DNA of 64,000 nucleotides from Candidatus Latescibacterota bacterium (GCA_965237675.1 OZ250150.1:3648001-3712000), one strand, 5' to 3'; counted from the first letter of the stretch, positions 28,529 through 39,413 are shown. Program-made: numbers and translations. The notes: a model not told the origin generated them from the sequence alone.

Positions 28529-29572
28529 TTACATGAAATTCCTTACGCCGCTTCCGTGGAGTTCGGAAATGCGGGCGGCGGTTTCCGCGTCGAAGCCCAC
28601 CTGGATCAGTTCACGAATACGTTTGTTGTGCATCATACTGTAAAGGTCGCGCACCAGGTCACGGCCCTTTTCGATTTGTTCCGGTGAGGACCCGCCGCCG
28701 GCGAGGGTCATCATCGCGTTCAACACAAAGGGGCTGGCTCCCGAAACCTGCTGCAGAAAGGCGGTGCGTTTTTCCGCGGCGCTGGCGAGCCGGTCAATGA
28801 CTTCGGGGCGTTGCTGGACGTGGTAGCCGATGTGGGAAAGACCGTAACCGACGTGCCGGCCCTCGTCCTGGCGGACGAGTTTGAAGACCCGCGCGGTCAC
28901 GGGGTCGGGAGACACTTCCTCCAGGAACCTGAGCAGTTCCATAAAGGTGCCTTCGCCCAGCACGTGGAGGAGGAAGGAGGCGTCCGTGAAGTCGTCCTGG
29001 GCGAGCAGGCTCTGAAGAGACCATTCCGTGGCGGAGGAAACGTATTGAAGGCCCCCGCCGTTGGCCAGCGCCCGTTTGGTGAAGACTTCAACGTGCCTTG
29101 CCTCGTCCATTATCTGGCTGGAGAGAAACAGGATGACTTCCGAAAAGCATGGGTCGATGCGTCCGATGAACTTGGCGGGAAGGTACAGGGCCAGGTATTC
29201 GTTCTGGATCATGAAGGTGCAGATTTGACAGACCGCGCGTTCCAGGTCTTCGGGAAGTTCGGACAGGTCGTGCCATGGGATATCCGTAGTGGCATTCCAC
29301 TGACCCTGTTTGGCCTGTTCCACCAGGTCGGCGATATTCTCCGCCCACACCTCGGTTTTTTGGTCGATGCCGAAGTCGAAGGCGGGGGTTTTGGGGTCCA
29401 CAACCGAACCGCGTTGCGCGAGGCCGTGGTTGGGCGGCGCCCGGTCCGGGACGCTGCCGGATTTGCCGACAAGACAGTCGGGCAGGAGAATTCCCCGGCC
29501 GTCGCGCGGCGGTACTTTAATACCCCAGTCCGGGTCGCCCCACGAGGATGTATCGGGAACGATTGGATCCAA
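28529..29572 (-). CDS. ferritin-like di-iron protein
   Basis: QW.ATTDIPW, E...DEARH, E...DEGRH paired ExxH motifs. Confidence 0.75.
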   Translation of the reverse strand: MDPIVPDTSSWGDPDWGIKVPPRDGRGILLPDCLVGKSGSVPDRAPPNHGLAQRGSVVDPKTPAFDFGIDQKTEVWAENIADLVEQAKQGQWNATTDIPWHDLSELPEDLERAVCQICTFMIQNEYLALYLPAKFIGRIDPCFSEVILFLSSQIMDEARHVEVFTKRALANGGGLQYVSSATEWSLQSLLAQDDFTDASFLLHVLGEGTFMELLRFLEEVSPDPVTARVFKLVRQDEGRHVGYGLSHIGYHVQQRPEVIDRLASAAEKRTAFLQQVSGASPFVLNAMMTLAGGGSSPEQIEKGRDLVRDLYSMMHNKRIRELIQVGFDAETAARISELHGSGVRNFM

Positions 29573-29620
29573 GGACGGTTACTCCTCTGATATGCGGAGG
29601 GCCCGGTACCGCGCCTTCCG

Positions 29621-30787
29621 TTATTGCCCGTTGTTGAGAACAAGCTTGACGAAGTCGCCGAAGTCGGTTGTCTCATAGGTCCTGAAGGAGGTCAGCATGG
29701 ATGGCGTCCACTCGTCGTGCCAGATCCAGGCGGTCCATCCGATGCTGCGGGTCCGGCAGAAATCGATCAGGGGCCGGCCGTAGTCCTGTCTGATTCTTCC
29801 GGGATCTTCCGAATGTCCGTACCCCCATTCGCCCAGGAAGACCGCTGCGGTTTTATCCAGATCCCCAAGAACGCCCTTCCACGCTTCGCCTTTCCAGGGA
29901 TAGGGATGGGTTTCGTAGACGACGTTGGGGCGGTCCACCGGGTCGTCGAGGGCCCCGCTCAGGTCGTACCCCCAGTCGGTGCCGGAAACCAGGACGAGCG
30001 CCAGGGGATCGACGGCGTGGATGACGTCCACCAGCGATTCGGCGATGGGGCGCCATTCGTTCCAGGTGATGAATGCGGGTTCGTTGAACGTGCCGTATAT
30101 GACGTTGGGCACGTCCCGGTATCTTCGGGCTAACTCGTCAAGAGCCTCAATTGCCAGGGTCAGGTCAGGGTTGTACGGATTGCCTCGCCAGGGGTGCCGG
30201 TACCCCCATTCGGGGTGTTCCGTCTGCCCGGTGAGCGGGTTCCCGTGCGCGTGCCAGCCAAGGAAGATGTAGACGCCACGCCGTTGTCCCCATGCGACGA
30301 TCGGATCGACGAACGCGGGCAGGTAGTCCCGATACCGTTGCCAGAGGCCGGGATGAATGGGCACCCGGATAACGTCCACGTTCCATTCGTCGGCCAGGAT
30401 GTCGAGTGCGTCCGTGCCCCGGCGGGTGGCGGCGGCCAGAAAGTACGGATCGATCACGGCAACGCCGCGCAGGACGGCGTCAACACGCTGACCGAACGCG
30501 TCCGCGAACGCCAGAAAGTCGGCGAAATCGACGCTGCCGCTGCTGTCGAGGTCGTAATAGACGTTGAACGAGCCGTAGGCGTCCGCAAACAGCAGAAAGT
30601 CCGAAAGGTCCACGTGCCCGTGGCCGTCAAAGTCCGCGGCTGCGGCGTTCACACTGATTATTCTGTTTCCTTCAACCCGCAGTCTCGACGGGTTTTCGCC
30701 TGCACCCGCCAGGGCCGGCGTGAGGGTCAGGGCCAGGATCAGTATTGCAAAGACATAACTTCTGATTTTCCAGACGGAATTGGACAT
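29621..30787 (-). CDS. secreted GH5 glycoside hydrolase with inserted dockerin/EF-hand-like module
   Basis: Signal peptide; VIRVP, WH, FNEP acid/base, HPY, LGEWG nucleophile, WTAW; two DxDxxGxVDxxDFL repeats. Confidence 0.85.
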   Translation of the reverse strand: MSNSVWKIRSYVFAILILALTLTPALAGAGENPSRLRVEGNRIISVNAAAADFDGHGHVDLSDFLLFADAYGSFNVYYDLDSSGSVDFADFLAFADAFGQRVDAVLRGVAVIDPYFLAAATRRGTDALDILADEWNVDVIRVPIHPGLWQRYRDYLPAFVDPIVAWGQRRGVYIFLGWHAHGNPLTGQTEHPEWGYRHPWRGNPYNPDLTLAIEALDELARRYRDVPNVIYGTFNEPAFITWNEWRPIAESLVDVIHAVDPLALVLVSGTDWGYDLSGALDDPVDRPNVVYETHPYPWKGEAWKGVLGDLDKTAAVFLGEWGYGHSEDPGRIRQDYGRPLIDFCRTRSIGWTAWIWHDEWTPSMLTSFRTYETTDFGDFVKLVLNNGQ

Positions 30788-30810
30788 ACCGGAACGTGAA
30801 CTAAACGCAA

Positions 30811-30928
30811 TGTCATGCTGAGGAAGCCGCCAGGCGGACGAAGCGTCCGTCCGTATTCGTTAGCGAGGGCTCTTGCCGCACTTACAATGGAATGGACGGG
30901 AGATTCTTCGACTACGCTCAGAATGACA
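30811..30928. repeat. REP-like palindromic element (TGTCATNCTGAG family)
   Basis: TGTCATGCTGAG...AGATTCTTCGACTACGCTCAGAATGACA ends with internal inverted repeat. Confidence 0.7.
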
Positions 30929-31021
30929 GCGCAGCGGATCATCAGGTCGGCGAAATCCCTTCAATGATCCCTGAAATGCATCACCGGATTATGCGCGAAA
31001 TGCGTCCGTCCGGTCCGGGTG

Positions 31022-31138
31022 GTGGGGGCTTTTCCGCGTTATTCCGTCCAGCATCGTTGTTCTGGCTCGATCCAAACGTCCGCAGGGCAACGACGCTCGT
31101 TATTTCCGTGAGGCGATTTGCGGAAAAGCAGCCCCGCG
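31022..31138 (+). repeat. ~120-nt structured dispersed repeat, copy 2
   Basis: See 25657-25776. Confidence 0.75.
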
Positions 31139-31402
31139 GCGCCCTTCTTTTTCGCCCTTTTTCTTGGGCGATGCAAGAAAAAGGGCAGGGGATAGGGGAC
31201 GTTAGAGGGTGGTGGAACTTCAACCTCACGGGTAGCGTAGAGCGCATCTCGACAGGCTTAATCGAAAGAACGGTGAAATATCGCTGGGACTAGACCCGGC
31301 GCAGCAGGCAAGCCGGAAATACCACGCTCTACCCTTGGCCCTTTATCATTAACACGAATCCCTGAACAAGCAGCGTGAACAAATATATACACATTTTGCA
31401 AG

Positions 31403-31427
31403 GTGGAGCGGACATTCTTGTCTGCTC
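31403..31427 (+). repeat. GTGG-type REP singlet
   Basis: GTGG followed by hairpin AGCGGACA-TTCT-TGTCTGCT. Confidence 0.45.
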
Positions 31428-31696
31428 ACATACATCAACCCGAATCCTGGGAATCCTGTGTCCGGACACACCACGACTCGTCGCCGTCTCACCCACTGCA
31501 AAACGGACGGCGCTATTTATCGGATCACCTTAAACTCACGGGCGTCACCGGGACTTTCCGGCTCGACGAGCCATTGTACCGGGGCGTAAGATGATCGATT
31601 TGCGAATAACCCAACTTAGCATCCCGTCTGCGAAAGATAGGGATAAACATGGTGCCTGGCAAGGTCGAATGGGATTTCGACAATGGTTGGTGAATC

Positions 31697-31725
31697 TTGA
31701 CTTCGCAAGATAAACATCGTAATTT
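31697..31725 (+). promoter_or_regulatory. sigma70-type promoter of two-gene module
   Basis: TTGACT-N17-TAATTT. Confidence 0.5.
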
Positions 31726-31761
31726 GAAAAAGTAGACATCAAGAATACAGATGGGGGCCGT

Positions 31762-31989
31762 GTGATTGCCGAACTCACCTCGCGCATGATTTCTTTGTCG
31801 CGTGTGATTGCCAGAGGCGAGCGAATCCGCGAACTTCGGCGATTGGTACATACTTTTGGCGGTAGGAAATCCAGGTGGACAAAGAAGAGCAGCCCGCGTT
31901 TTGAGATAGATGGTCACCTGTATGAGTATCACTGGTACGAACATCCCGATGTGGGCCGGGTCGAACTGAAAAGGAAAAGGGTCGCCTGA
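31762..31989 (+). CDS. small basic protein, putative toxin (HWYE motif)
   Basis: VIARG..IRE..RL...GG....W.KK...YHWYE...GRVE.K.K; 1 nt from next gene. Confidence 0.65.
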   Translation: MIAELTSRMISLSRVIARGERIRELRRLVHTFGGRKSRWTKKSSPRFEIDGHLYEYHWYEHPDVGRVELKRKRVA

Positions 31990-31990
31990 A

Positions 31991-32323
31991 ATGACGGTTA
32001 AATTTCGAAACCAACGCGCAGATTACCCTGATTTGACTCCAGGGCAGGAATACGGGGTCATTGGGATCGAAGCGGATGATTTGCGGGTTTTGAGCGATCA
32101 AGGTCGGCCGTACCTGTATCCCGCGCACTTGTTCGAGATGGTGGACACTCGTGAGCCCGGAGATTGGGTGACGGAATACGGAGAAGAAGGTGAGCGGTAT
32201 GCTTATCCCCTGCCGCTGAATGACAACGGTTTCTTTGAAGACTTTTTCGATGACGACAAGGAGGCTGTTGCCGTCTTTTGGCGAATTGTAAACCAGCGTT
32301 TGGCAGCCACGATGGCGGTTTAG
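31991..32323 (+). CDS. small acidic protein, putative antitoxin/immunity
   Basis: LTPG.EY.V.....LRVLSD.G.PYLYP..LF; acidic tail FFEDFFDDD. Confidence 0.7.
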   Translation: MTVKFRNQRADYPDLTPGQEYGVIGIEADDLRVLSDQGRPYLYPAHLFEMVDTREPGDWVTEYGEEGERYAYPLPLNDNGFFEDFFDDDKEAVAVFWRIVNQRLAATMAV

Positions 32324-32344
32324 TCCCTGTCAGGAGATGCAACT

Positions 32345-32373
32345 GCCCTGCTCCGGACGGCAGGGCTTTTTTA
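32345..32373 (+). terminator. intrinsic terminator
   Basis: GCCCTGC-TCCGGACG-GCAGGGC-TTTTTT. Confidence 0.8.
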
Positions 32374-32690
32374 TTTGTACTGGCGAAGGATCGAATCAGG
32401 AAGGATATTCACTTAGACAACGACCACCGATGAACACTGGGCCGGTCAGGGATCCGGATCCGTGAACGCCGGGCATGTGGTCCCTGTGGTTGTCCGGTCT
32501 CGAAAGGCGTGTACAGAGCCGCAGGGGTGGCTGAAGTTCTGACAGACGTGGACTACTGATACGGCGCATGGTTTCAGGAATTGGCTTGTAAGCCTGCCCG
32601 GTTGGCATTATATTTAAAGCTTTTGGGTGTAACCCCACGGGACGCACGCCGGCATGCCCGTGGGATCTTGATTTTACCGGAGAGCTATTG

Positions 32691-33677
32691 ATGTTGAAAT
32701 ATATCGCGTGGCGAATTCTGATGATGATTCCCACTCTCTTCGCCATATCAATCGTGTCGTTTTTGATTATCCAGCTTCCGCCCGGAGACTTCCTCACCTC
32801 GTACCTGGCGCAACTCACGTCAATGGGTGAAACGGTGAGCGAGGAGGTCATCGAGGCGCTGAGGGCGCGGTACGGGCTGGGCAGTCCGGTTTACGTACAG
32901 TACTGGACGTGGATAACGGGAATCGTCACAAAGGGAGATTTCGGGATGTCGCTGCTGTGGGGGCGGCCGGTGAGCGATCTGCTGTGGGATCGGGTCAGCC
33001 TTACCGTGATGGTGAGCGCGAGTTCGGTGCTCTTCATATGGGTGGTCGCGATTCCCATCGGCATCTATTCCGCGGTCCGGCAGTATTCAATCGGCGACTA
33101 TATTTTCACGTTTCTGGGATTCCTGGGACTTGCGACGCCGCCATTCATGCTCGCACTGATTGCGCTATGGATTGTCTTTGTGTCCACCGGAAGCGTGCTG
33201 GTCGGGCTCTCTTCTCCGGAGTTCATCGACGCGCCCTGGTCAATCGCGAAGGCATTGGACCTGCTCGCCCACCTGTGGATTCCCATGGTGATCCTGGGAA
33301 CCGCGGGGACTGCCGGGACGATCCGCGTGATCCGTGCTCAGATGCTGGATGAATTGCACAAGCCGTATGTTGTGACCGCCAGGGCAAAAGGGGTGTCGGA
33401 ATTGAAGCTGCTCTTCAAGTATCCCGTGCGGATTGCCCTGAACCCCTTCTTCAGCACCCTGGGCTGGTTGCTGCCCAGGCTGATCGCGGGAGAAATTCTG
33501 GTGTCCATCGTGTTGAATCTGCCCACAACGGGGCCGCTCCTGCTGGGGGCGCTCACCAACCAGGACATGTACCTGGCCGGAAGTTTTATGCTGATCCTGA
33601 GTACGTTGACGGTGATCGGGACGCTGATTTCGGATATTCTGCTCGCCTGGGTCGATCCTAGAATACGGTACTCATAA
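32691..33677 (+). CDS. ABC transporter permease (DppB/OppB-like)
   Basis: IQLPPGD, GDFGMS, TARAKG, DILLAWVDPRI. Confidence 0.92.
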   Translation: MLKYIAWRILMMIPTLFAISIVSFLIIQLPPGDFLTSYLAQLTSMGETVSEEVIEALRARYGLGSPVYVQYWTWITGIVTKGDFGMSLLWGRPVSDLLWDRVSLTVMVSASSVLFIWVVAIPIGIYSAVRQYSIGDYIFTFLGFLGLATPPFMLALIALWIVFVSTGSVLVGLSSPEFIDAPWSIAKALDLLAHLWIPMVILGTAGTAGTIRVIRAQMLDELHKPYVVTARAKGVSELKLLFKYPVRIALNPFFSTLGWLLPRLIAGEILVSIVLNLPTTGPLLLGALTNQDMYLAGSFMLILSTLTVIGTLISDILLAWVDPRIRYS

Positions 33678-33765
33678 GTCTCCAGGGTGCGCCGGGGACG
33701 GACGGGAGTCGTTCGGGATTCCCGCAGAACCGCACAATAGTGGAAGCTCAGAGGGTCTGTCGCCA

Positions 33766-34953
33766 ATGATGAAGCCGTTGATGGATGTTTTTCGAAAGCT
33801 GCAGGCGGACGGTATATTCGGATATCGCAGGCGCCCGCACGCGGGCCCCCCCGAAGAAGAATCCGGGGCGCGGGTGCTCGTGGCTTCTCAATGGCGGCTG
33901 ATGTGGTGGAAATTCCGGAAACACCAGCTGGCGAAGATCGCGGGCGTGGTGCTGATTCTCTTTTATCTCGTGGCGGGTTTCTGCGAATTTGTGGCGCCGC
34001 ACAATCCGCACCTCTTGAATACGAAGTACATTCACGCGCCTCCTCAGACGGTTCGATTTTTCGACGCCGGGGGGGCGTTTCATTTAAGGCCCTTCGTGTA
34101 CCGGAATATCCAGCACCGGGATCCGGTCACGCTCCGCCTTTCCTATGTCGAAGATCGCTCCCGGCGCTTCCATATTCGGCTCTTTGTCGTGGGGGATCCG
34201 TATACCCTTTGGGGGTGGATCCCCATGCATCGCCGTCTGCTCGGTCTCGAGAACGGGGAACGCCTGTTCCTGCTGGGGGCGGACCGGATGGGCCGGGATC
34301 TGCTGTCTCGAATCGCCTACGGCGCGCGGATTTCCCTTTCCATCGGATTGATCGGGATATCCATCAGCTTTGTGCTCGGGCTGATTATGGGCGGTATTTC
34401 CGGCTACTTCGGCGGTAGAATCGACGACGTGATCCAGCGATTGATTGAGTTCATTATGGGAATTCCGGGCCTGCCGCTCTGGATGACGCTCAGTGCGGCG
34501 CTGCCCTCGGACTGGCCGATCATCCGTGTATATTTCGGCATTACGATCATTCTGGCCTTTGTGGGCTGGACCGGTCTGGCCCGTGTCGTCCGCGGGCGGT
34601 TTCTGGCGTTGAGGGAAGAGGATTTCGTGATGGCGGCGCGCCTGGCCGGCGCCCGGGAGAGCCGGATCATCGCCAGGCACATGGTGCCTTCGTTTATGAG
34701 TTACATCATCGCCGCGCTTACGCTGGCGGTTCCGCAGATGATTCTGGGCGAGACGGCGCTGAGCTTCATCGGGCTGGGGTTGCGATCGCCGGCCATCAGC
34801 TGGGGTGTGCTGTTGCAGGATGCGATGAATATCCGGGCTGTGGCGCATTTTCCATGGCTGCTTCTACCGGGCCTGTTTGTTATCGTCGTGGTGCTGGCGT
34901 TCAATTTTCTGGGAGATGGGCTGAGAGACGCGGCCGATCCATATACCAGGTAG
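33766..34953 (+). CDS. ABC transporter permease (DppC/OppC-like)
   Basis: LGADRMGRD, EDFVMAAR.AGA, GDGLRDAADP. Confidence 0.92.
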   Translation: MMKPLMDVFRKLQADGIFGYRRRPHAGPPEEESGARVLVASQWRLMWWKFRKHQLAKIAGVVLILFYLVAGFCEFVAPHNPHLLNTKYIHAPPQTVRFFDAGGAFHLRPFVYRNIQHRDPVTLRLSYVEDRSRRFHIRLFVVGDPYTLWGWIPMHRRLLGLENGERLFLLGADRMGRDLLSRIAYGARISLSIGLIGISISFVLGLIMGGISGYFGGRIDDVIQRLIEFIMGIPGLPLWMTLSAALPSDWPIIRVYFGITIILAFVGWTGLARVVRGRFLALREEDFVMAARLAGARESRIIARHMVPSFMSYIIAALTLAVPQMILGETALSFIGLGLRSPAISWGVLLQDAMNIRAVAHFPWLLLPGLFVIVVVLAFNFLGDGLRDAADPYTR

Positions 34954-34962
34954 GGGACAACG

Positions 34963-35964
34963 ATGGATCCATCGGTGTTGCTCGAAGTCCGGGATTTGCA
35001 CGCGTATTTTTTCTCCGATGAAGGTACGGTGCGGGCCGTGGACGGCGTGGATTTTCAGATGATGAAGGGAGAGACGCTGGGGGTGGTGGGCGAAAGCGGC
35101 TGTGGCAAGAGCGTGACGGCGCAGTCTATTCTCCAGATTCTGCCCAAGAACGGACGGATTGTCAAGGGCGAGGTGCTGCTGAACGCCAATGGACGGGTTG
35201 TGGATCTGGCCGCGTTGAAGCCGAACGGAAGGGAGATCAGAAGAATCCGCGGCAAGGAAATCGCCATGATGTTTCAGGAGCCGATGACGTGTCTGAGCCC
35301 GGTCCATACGATAGGGAATCAGATCGAAGAGGCCATCCGGCTGCATCGGCGCGCGGATCGGAAGGAGGCCAGGGAGATCGCCATCGATATGTTACACAAG
35401 TGCGGTATCCCGGAACCGGAGCGGAGGGTGGATGCCTATCCCCACCAGTTGAGCGGAGGCATGCGCCAGCGGGCGATGATCGCAATGAGTCTGTCCTGCC
35501 GGCCGCGTCTGCTGATTGCCGATGAGCCAACTACGGCGCTGGACGTGACCACACAGGCGCAGATTCTGGATCTGCTGAAGGCGTTACAGGAGGAGATCCA
35601 TACCTCCATTATGATGATCACGCACAACCTGGGGGTGGTGGCGGAAGTGGCCGACCACGCGATGGTCATGTACCTGGGTAAGGTCGTGGAGTTTGCGCGG
35701 TGCGAGACCATCTTTAACGAGCCCGGGCATCCCTATACCCGCGCCCTGCTGAAGTCCATTCCCCGGCTGGGACGCAAGGCGAAGGAAGGACTTCTGTCCA
35801 TCGAGGGATCGGTGCCGAATCCGTACGAGTTGCCCTCGGGCTGCAAGTTCCATCCGCGGTGTCCGGACCGGATAGACGGTGTCTGCGACCGGTATGAGCC
35901 GGCGTTGACGACGATCGGTTCCGGGCACGGCGTGAGTTGTTTCCTGTATTCCGACCCGACATAG
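34963..35964 (+). CDS. ABC transporter ATP-binding protein (DppD/OppD-like)
   Basis: [25 protein letters not shown], oligo_HPY tail. Confidence 0.95.
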   Translation: MDPSVLLEVRDLHAYFFSDEGTVRAVDGVDFQMMKGETLGVVGESGCGKSVTAQSILQILPKNGRIVKGEVLLNANGRVVDLAALKPNGREIRRIRGKEIAMMFQEPMTCLSPVHTIGNQIEEAIRLHRRADRKEAREIAIDMLHKCGIPEPERRVDAYPHQLSGGMRQRAMIAMSLSCRPRLLIADEPTTALDVTTQAQILDLLKALQEEIHTSIMMITHNLGVVAEVADHAMVMYLGKVVEFARCETIFNEPGHPYTRALLKSIPRLGRKAKEGLLSIEGSVPNPYELPSGCKFHPRCPDRIDGVCDRYEPALTTIGSGHGVSCFLYSDPT

Positions 35965-36126
35965 CGTCCTGTCCCAGAAATATGTCACCGTTCGGCCGCC
36001 GCTTCATCCCGTCTCGCTGCGTTGCCTTCGCTCGCCGACCTTGCGCAGGTCGCCTCGCTCAGGCGCCTTGCGAACTGAGCGACTCGACGGCCGAAATTAG
36101 GCGATCTATTTCCGGGACAGAACACT
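35962..36126. mobile_element. MITE (~165 bp) inside ABC operon
   Basis: 17/20 TIR AGCGTCCTGTCCCAGAAATA / TATTTCCGGGACAGAACACT, starting at upstream TAG stop. Confidence 0.7.
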
Positions 36127-36171
36127 TGTGCTCCCATCGACGCAGGCATCCATCCACAAAGAAAGAAGACG

Positions 36172-37200
36172 ATGCCCCACAACGATACCGCACTGCTGGA
36201 GGTGAAGAACCTGCGCAAGTATTTCCCCATCACCGAAGGGTTTATGAAACGCGTGGTGGGTCAGGTGAAGGCGGTGGACGGGGTCAGTTTCGCGGTAAAG
36301 AAACAGGAGACGCTGGGCCTGATCGGCGAGAGCGGGTGCGGCAAGACAACGGTCGGCCGGAGCATTCTGAGGGCGATCGAACCGACCGACGGGGAGGTGC
36401 TCTTCGAGGACGGAGGACGGATGATCGACGTTTGTCGGCTGTCCAGGAGGCAGTTGAGGAAGTTTCGCCGGCATATGCAGATGGTGTTTCAAGATCCGTA
36501 TTCATCGTTGAACCCCCGGATGACGGTATTTGATATCGTGGCGGAACCGCTTGTGGTGAACCGGGTCGCGAGGGGCGCCGAATTGGAGGATCGCGTTGCG
36601 GAGCTACTCAGAGTTGTCGGGCTGGACCCGCAGTTTATGCGCCGATATCCTCATGCGTTCAGCGGGGGGCAGCGGCAGAGGATCGGAGTCGCCAGGGCCC
36701 TGGCATTGAACCCCAGGTTGATTATCGGCGATGAGCCCGTATCGGCGCTGGATGTGTCGGTTCAGGCCCAGGTGCTGAACCTGCTCCAGGAACTTCAGGA
36801 GCGGATGGGACTTACCTATCTGTTCATTTCCCACGACCTGGCGGTGGTGGAACACATCAGCGACCGTATCGCCATCATGTATGTGGGTCAGATCGTGGAA
36901 CTGGCAGACGAAGAGACGCTGTTCGTCACTCCCAAACACCCCTACACCGAAGCGTTGCTGTCCGCCGTCCCCAAGCCCGATCCGGCGTACAAAAAACGGA
37001 AGATACTGCTGCAAGGGGAAGTGGCCGATCCGGCCAATCCGCCTTCGGGGTGTTATTTCCACCCCCGGTGCCCGTACGCCGAGGACGTGTGCCGGGAGGA
37101 ATCGCCGGAACTCGTGAACGTCTCGCCGCCGGATAGAGATCCGCATTACGTGCGCTGCCATTTCAGCGAAACACTTCGGTTGGTGGGTATTGAAGCATGA
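36172..37200 (+). CDS. ABC transporter ATP-binding protein (DppF/OppF-like)
   Basis: [28 protein letters not shown]. Confidence 0.95.
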   Translation: MPHNDTALLEVKNLRKYFPITEGFMKRVVGQVKAVDGVSFAVKKQETLGLIGESGCGKTTVGRSILRAIEPTDGEVLFEDGGRMIDVCRLSRRQLRKFRRHMQMVFQDPYSSLNPRMTVFDIVAEPLVVNRVARGAELEDRVAELLRVVGLDPQFMRRYPHAFSGGQRQRIGVARALALNPRLIIGDEPVSALDVSVQAQVLNLLQELQERMGLTYLFISHDLAVVEHISDRIAIMYVGQIVELADEETLFVTPKHPYTEALLSAVPKPDPAYKKRKILLQGEVADPANPPSGCYFHPRCPYAEDVCREESPELVNVSPPDRDPHYVRCHFSETLRLVGIEA

Positions 37201-39128
37201 ATATATCCCGGAAATCGCCCTGCCGGAAGGCTGGCCTTGCGTTAACCCCGGTCATTTGGGTCGCCTGGCTCTGTTCCTCGTTCGCGAATCCCGTCCCGGC
37301 GCCTCCGGAGGCGTTGAATGAAGCGCCGCTGCTCCGTGCGCGCGTCCAGGCGGGACAGCTTCCGCCGCTGAGGGAGCGGCTGCCCGACGTGCCGGCGGTG
37401 GTGCATCCCGTGGAGCGGATCGGCCGGTACGGCGGAACGTGGCGGCGGGTACACATGGGCATGCCGGACCGGGCCGGATGGATGCGGCTGACGTACGATC
37501 CTCTCCTGCGCTGGTCGAAGGATTACACCCGGGTGGAGCCCAATCTCGCCCGCTCGTGGGAGGTTTCCGAGGATGGACGGGAATTTACGTTTCATTTGCG
37601 GAAGGGACTCCGGTGGTCCGACGGGACGCCGTTCACCGCCGACGATTACATGTTCTGGTACGAAGACGTTATCCGTAATGACGATCTGAATCCTGTCAAG
37701 CCGAGCTGGCTCACGATCGCCGGCGAACTGGGCGTTGTCGAGCGTTTGGACGACCATACGATTCGTTTTCGCTTCGTGAAATCGAACGGCGTGATCCTGC
37801 AGTGGCTGGCATCGTGGACGGACGTGGTCGCCGGTCCGCCGCCGAAGCACTATCTCAAGCGCTTCCATCCCAACTATGTTTCGGAAACAGAACTGGACGC
37901 CATCGTTGCGGCGGAGGGATACGACACGTGGATGGCGCTGTACGAAACCAAGAGCAATGCGTTTCTGAATCCGGAACGGCCCGTCCTGTGCGCCTGGCAG
38001 GCAAGGACGGGAGCGGATGCGGCCATCTTTATCGCGGAGCGCAACCCGTATTACTGGAAGGTGGATCCGGAGGGCAACCAGCTTCCCTACATCGACAGGG
38101 TGGAAATGACGCTTGTACAGAGCGCGGAAACGGTGACCCTCAAGGCCATTGCCGGAGAGATCGATATGCAGAGCCGGCGGGTCGAATTCATGAACTATCC
38201 GCTACTGATGGAGCACCGGGAGAGTGGCGGATACCGGATTTTTCGCTGGAAGCCGGCAACCACGGGGCAGGGCACCGTGTATTTAAATCAGAACTACACC
38301 CACCAGGATTCCGTGATGGGCGCGCTGCTCAGAAATCGCACCTTCAGACGGGCGCTGTCTCTCGGTATCGACCGCAGGCAGATGATCGATCTGTTCTACA
38401 TGGGGGTGACCGAGCCCAGGCAGGTTGTCCCTTATACGGATGAACTCCACGGAGTACCTAGTACCGATACAATGTACACTTCGTTCGACTTGGATCAGGC
38501 GAACCGCCTCCTGGATGAGATCGGACTCGACAGACGGGATAGCGCGGGATACCGGCTGCGTCCCGACGGCAAAAGGTTGAAGTTCGCGATTGCTGGATTC
38601 ACGCCCGGAAACGCCTACATTGACGTGGCCGAATTGCTGGCTTTTCAGTGGACGGCGCTGGGCATCCAGTCCACCGTCAAACCCGAGGACGTGGCGTTGT
38701 GGGTGACCCGCGCGACGGCGGGGGAACACCACGTATCCGTCTACGCCGCGTCGGGTGGGTTTCGTCCGCTGATGGATCCGGTCTGGTTTTTCCCTTCAGC
38801 GTCGACGGCCTACTGGGCGCCCCTTCACGGCCTCTGGTACAGCAGTGGGGGCAGGGCGGGTGAAGAACCGACCGGCGAAATCGCGCGCATCGTGGAGATT
38901 TACGAGAAGGCGATGACCACGGTGGACGAAGCAGAGCAGGTGGCGCTGGTCAAGAAGGCGGTGCGGTTGCACGCGGAAAATCTGTGGCGCATTGGCGTTT
39001 GCGGCGGATTCGACGCGTTGTTCGTGGTCAGGAACGACTTCCGGAATGTACCCGAATTCGGCCTTAGCGATAACCCGTTGCTCACGCCAGGCTATACACA
39101 TCCTGAGCAGTATTTCTTCGAGCGGTAG
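37197..39128 (+). CDS. ABC substrate-binding protein family 5 (oligopeptide/oligosaccharide)
   Basis: [43 protein letters not shown]. Confidence 0.9.
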   Translation: MNISRKSPCRKAGLALTPVIWVAWLCSSFANPVPAPPEALNEAPLLRARVQAGQLPPLRERLPDVPAVVHPVERIGRYGGTWRRVHMGMPDRAGWMRLTYDPLLRWSKDYTRVEPNLARSWEVSEDGREFTFHLRKGLRWSDGTPFTADDYMFWYEDVIRNDDLNPVKPSWLTIAGELGVVERLDDHTIRFRFVKSNGVILQWLASWTDVVAGPPPKHYLKRFHPNYVSETELDAIVAAEGYDTWMALYETKSNAFLNPERPVLCAWQARTGADAAIFIAERNPYYWKVDPEGNQLPYIDRVEMTLVQSAETVTLKAIAGEIDMQSRRVEFMNYPLLMEHRESGGYRIFRWKPATTGQGTVYLNQNYTHQDSVMGALLRNRTFRRALSLGIDRRQMIDLFYMGVTEPRQVVPYTDELHGVPSTDTMYTSFDLDQANRLLDEIGLDRRDSAGYRLRPDGKRLKFAIAGFTPGNAYIDVAELLAFQWTALGIQSTVKPEDVALWVTRATAGEHHVSVYAASGGFRPLMDPVWFFPSASTAYWAPLHGLWYSSGGRAGEEPTGEIARIVEIYEKAMTTVDEAEQVALVKKAVRLHAENLWRIGVCGGFDALFVVRNDFRNVPEFGLSDNPLLTPGYTHPEQYFFER

Positions 39129-39413
39129 CGCCCTGAGGGATGCCGTCAATGACGACGGCCGACGATTCATCGCGGGAGATGTGGGAGGTGCGAAACTCGT
39201 TCTGCGGGAAGGATATCGGTCCCTGATCCGTTCACGAAACGCGTTTCCCGGCGTCTTCGACGTGCAGATGATCGGACGGGCGATCTGCAGGCATTATCGC
39301 AGTAACGATGGGTTCCGATGTTTTCATGACCGTTGGGGATCGTCCCGTTTTTCCTCTGGTTGTATACAATTAAAAAGGAAGTTGAGAATGGCTCCCGACT
39401 TCCCGATATAAAC

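Noticed and set aside
31403-31594. 63-aa ORF before the TA-like pair
   Set aside because: Starts inside a REP hairpin, no SD; at most a gene remnant
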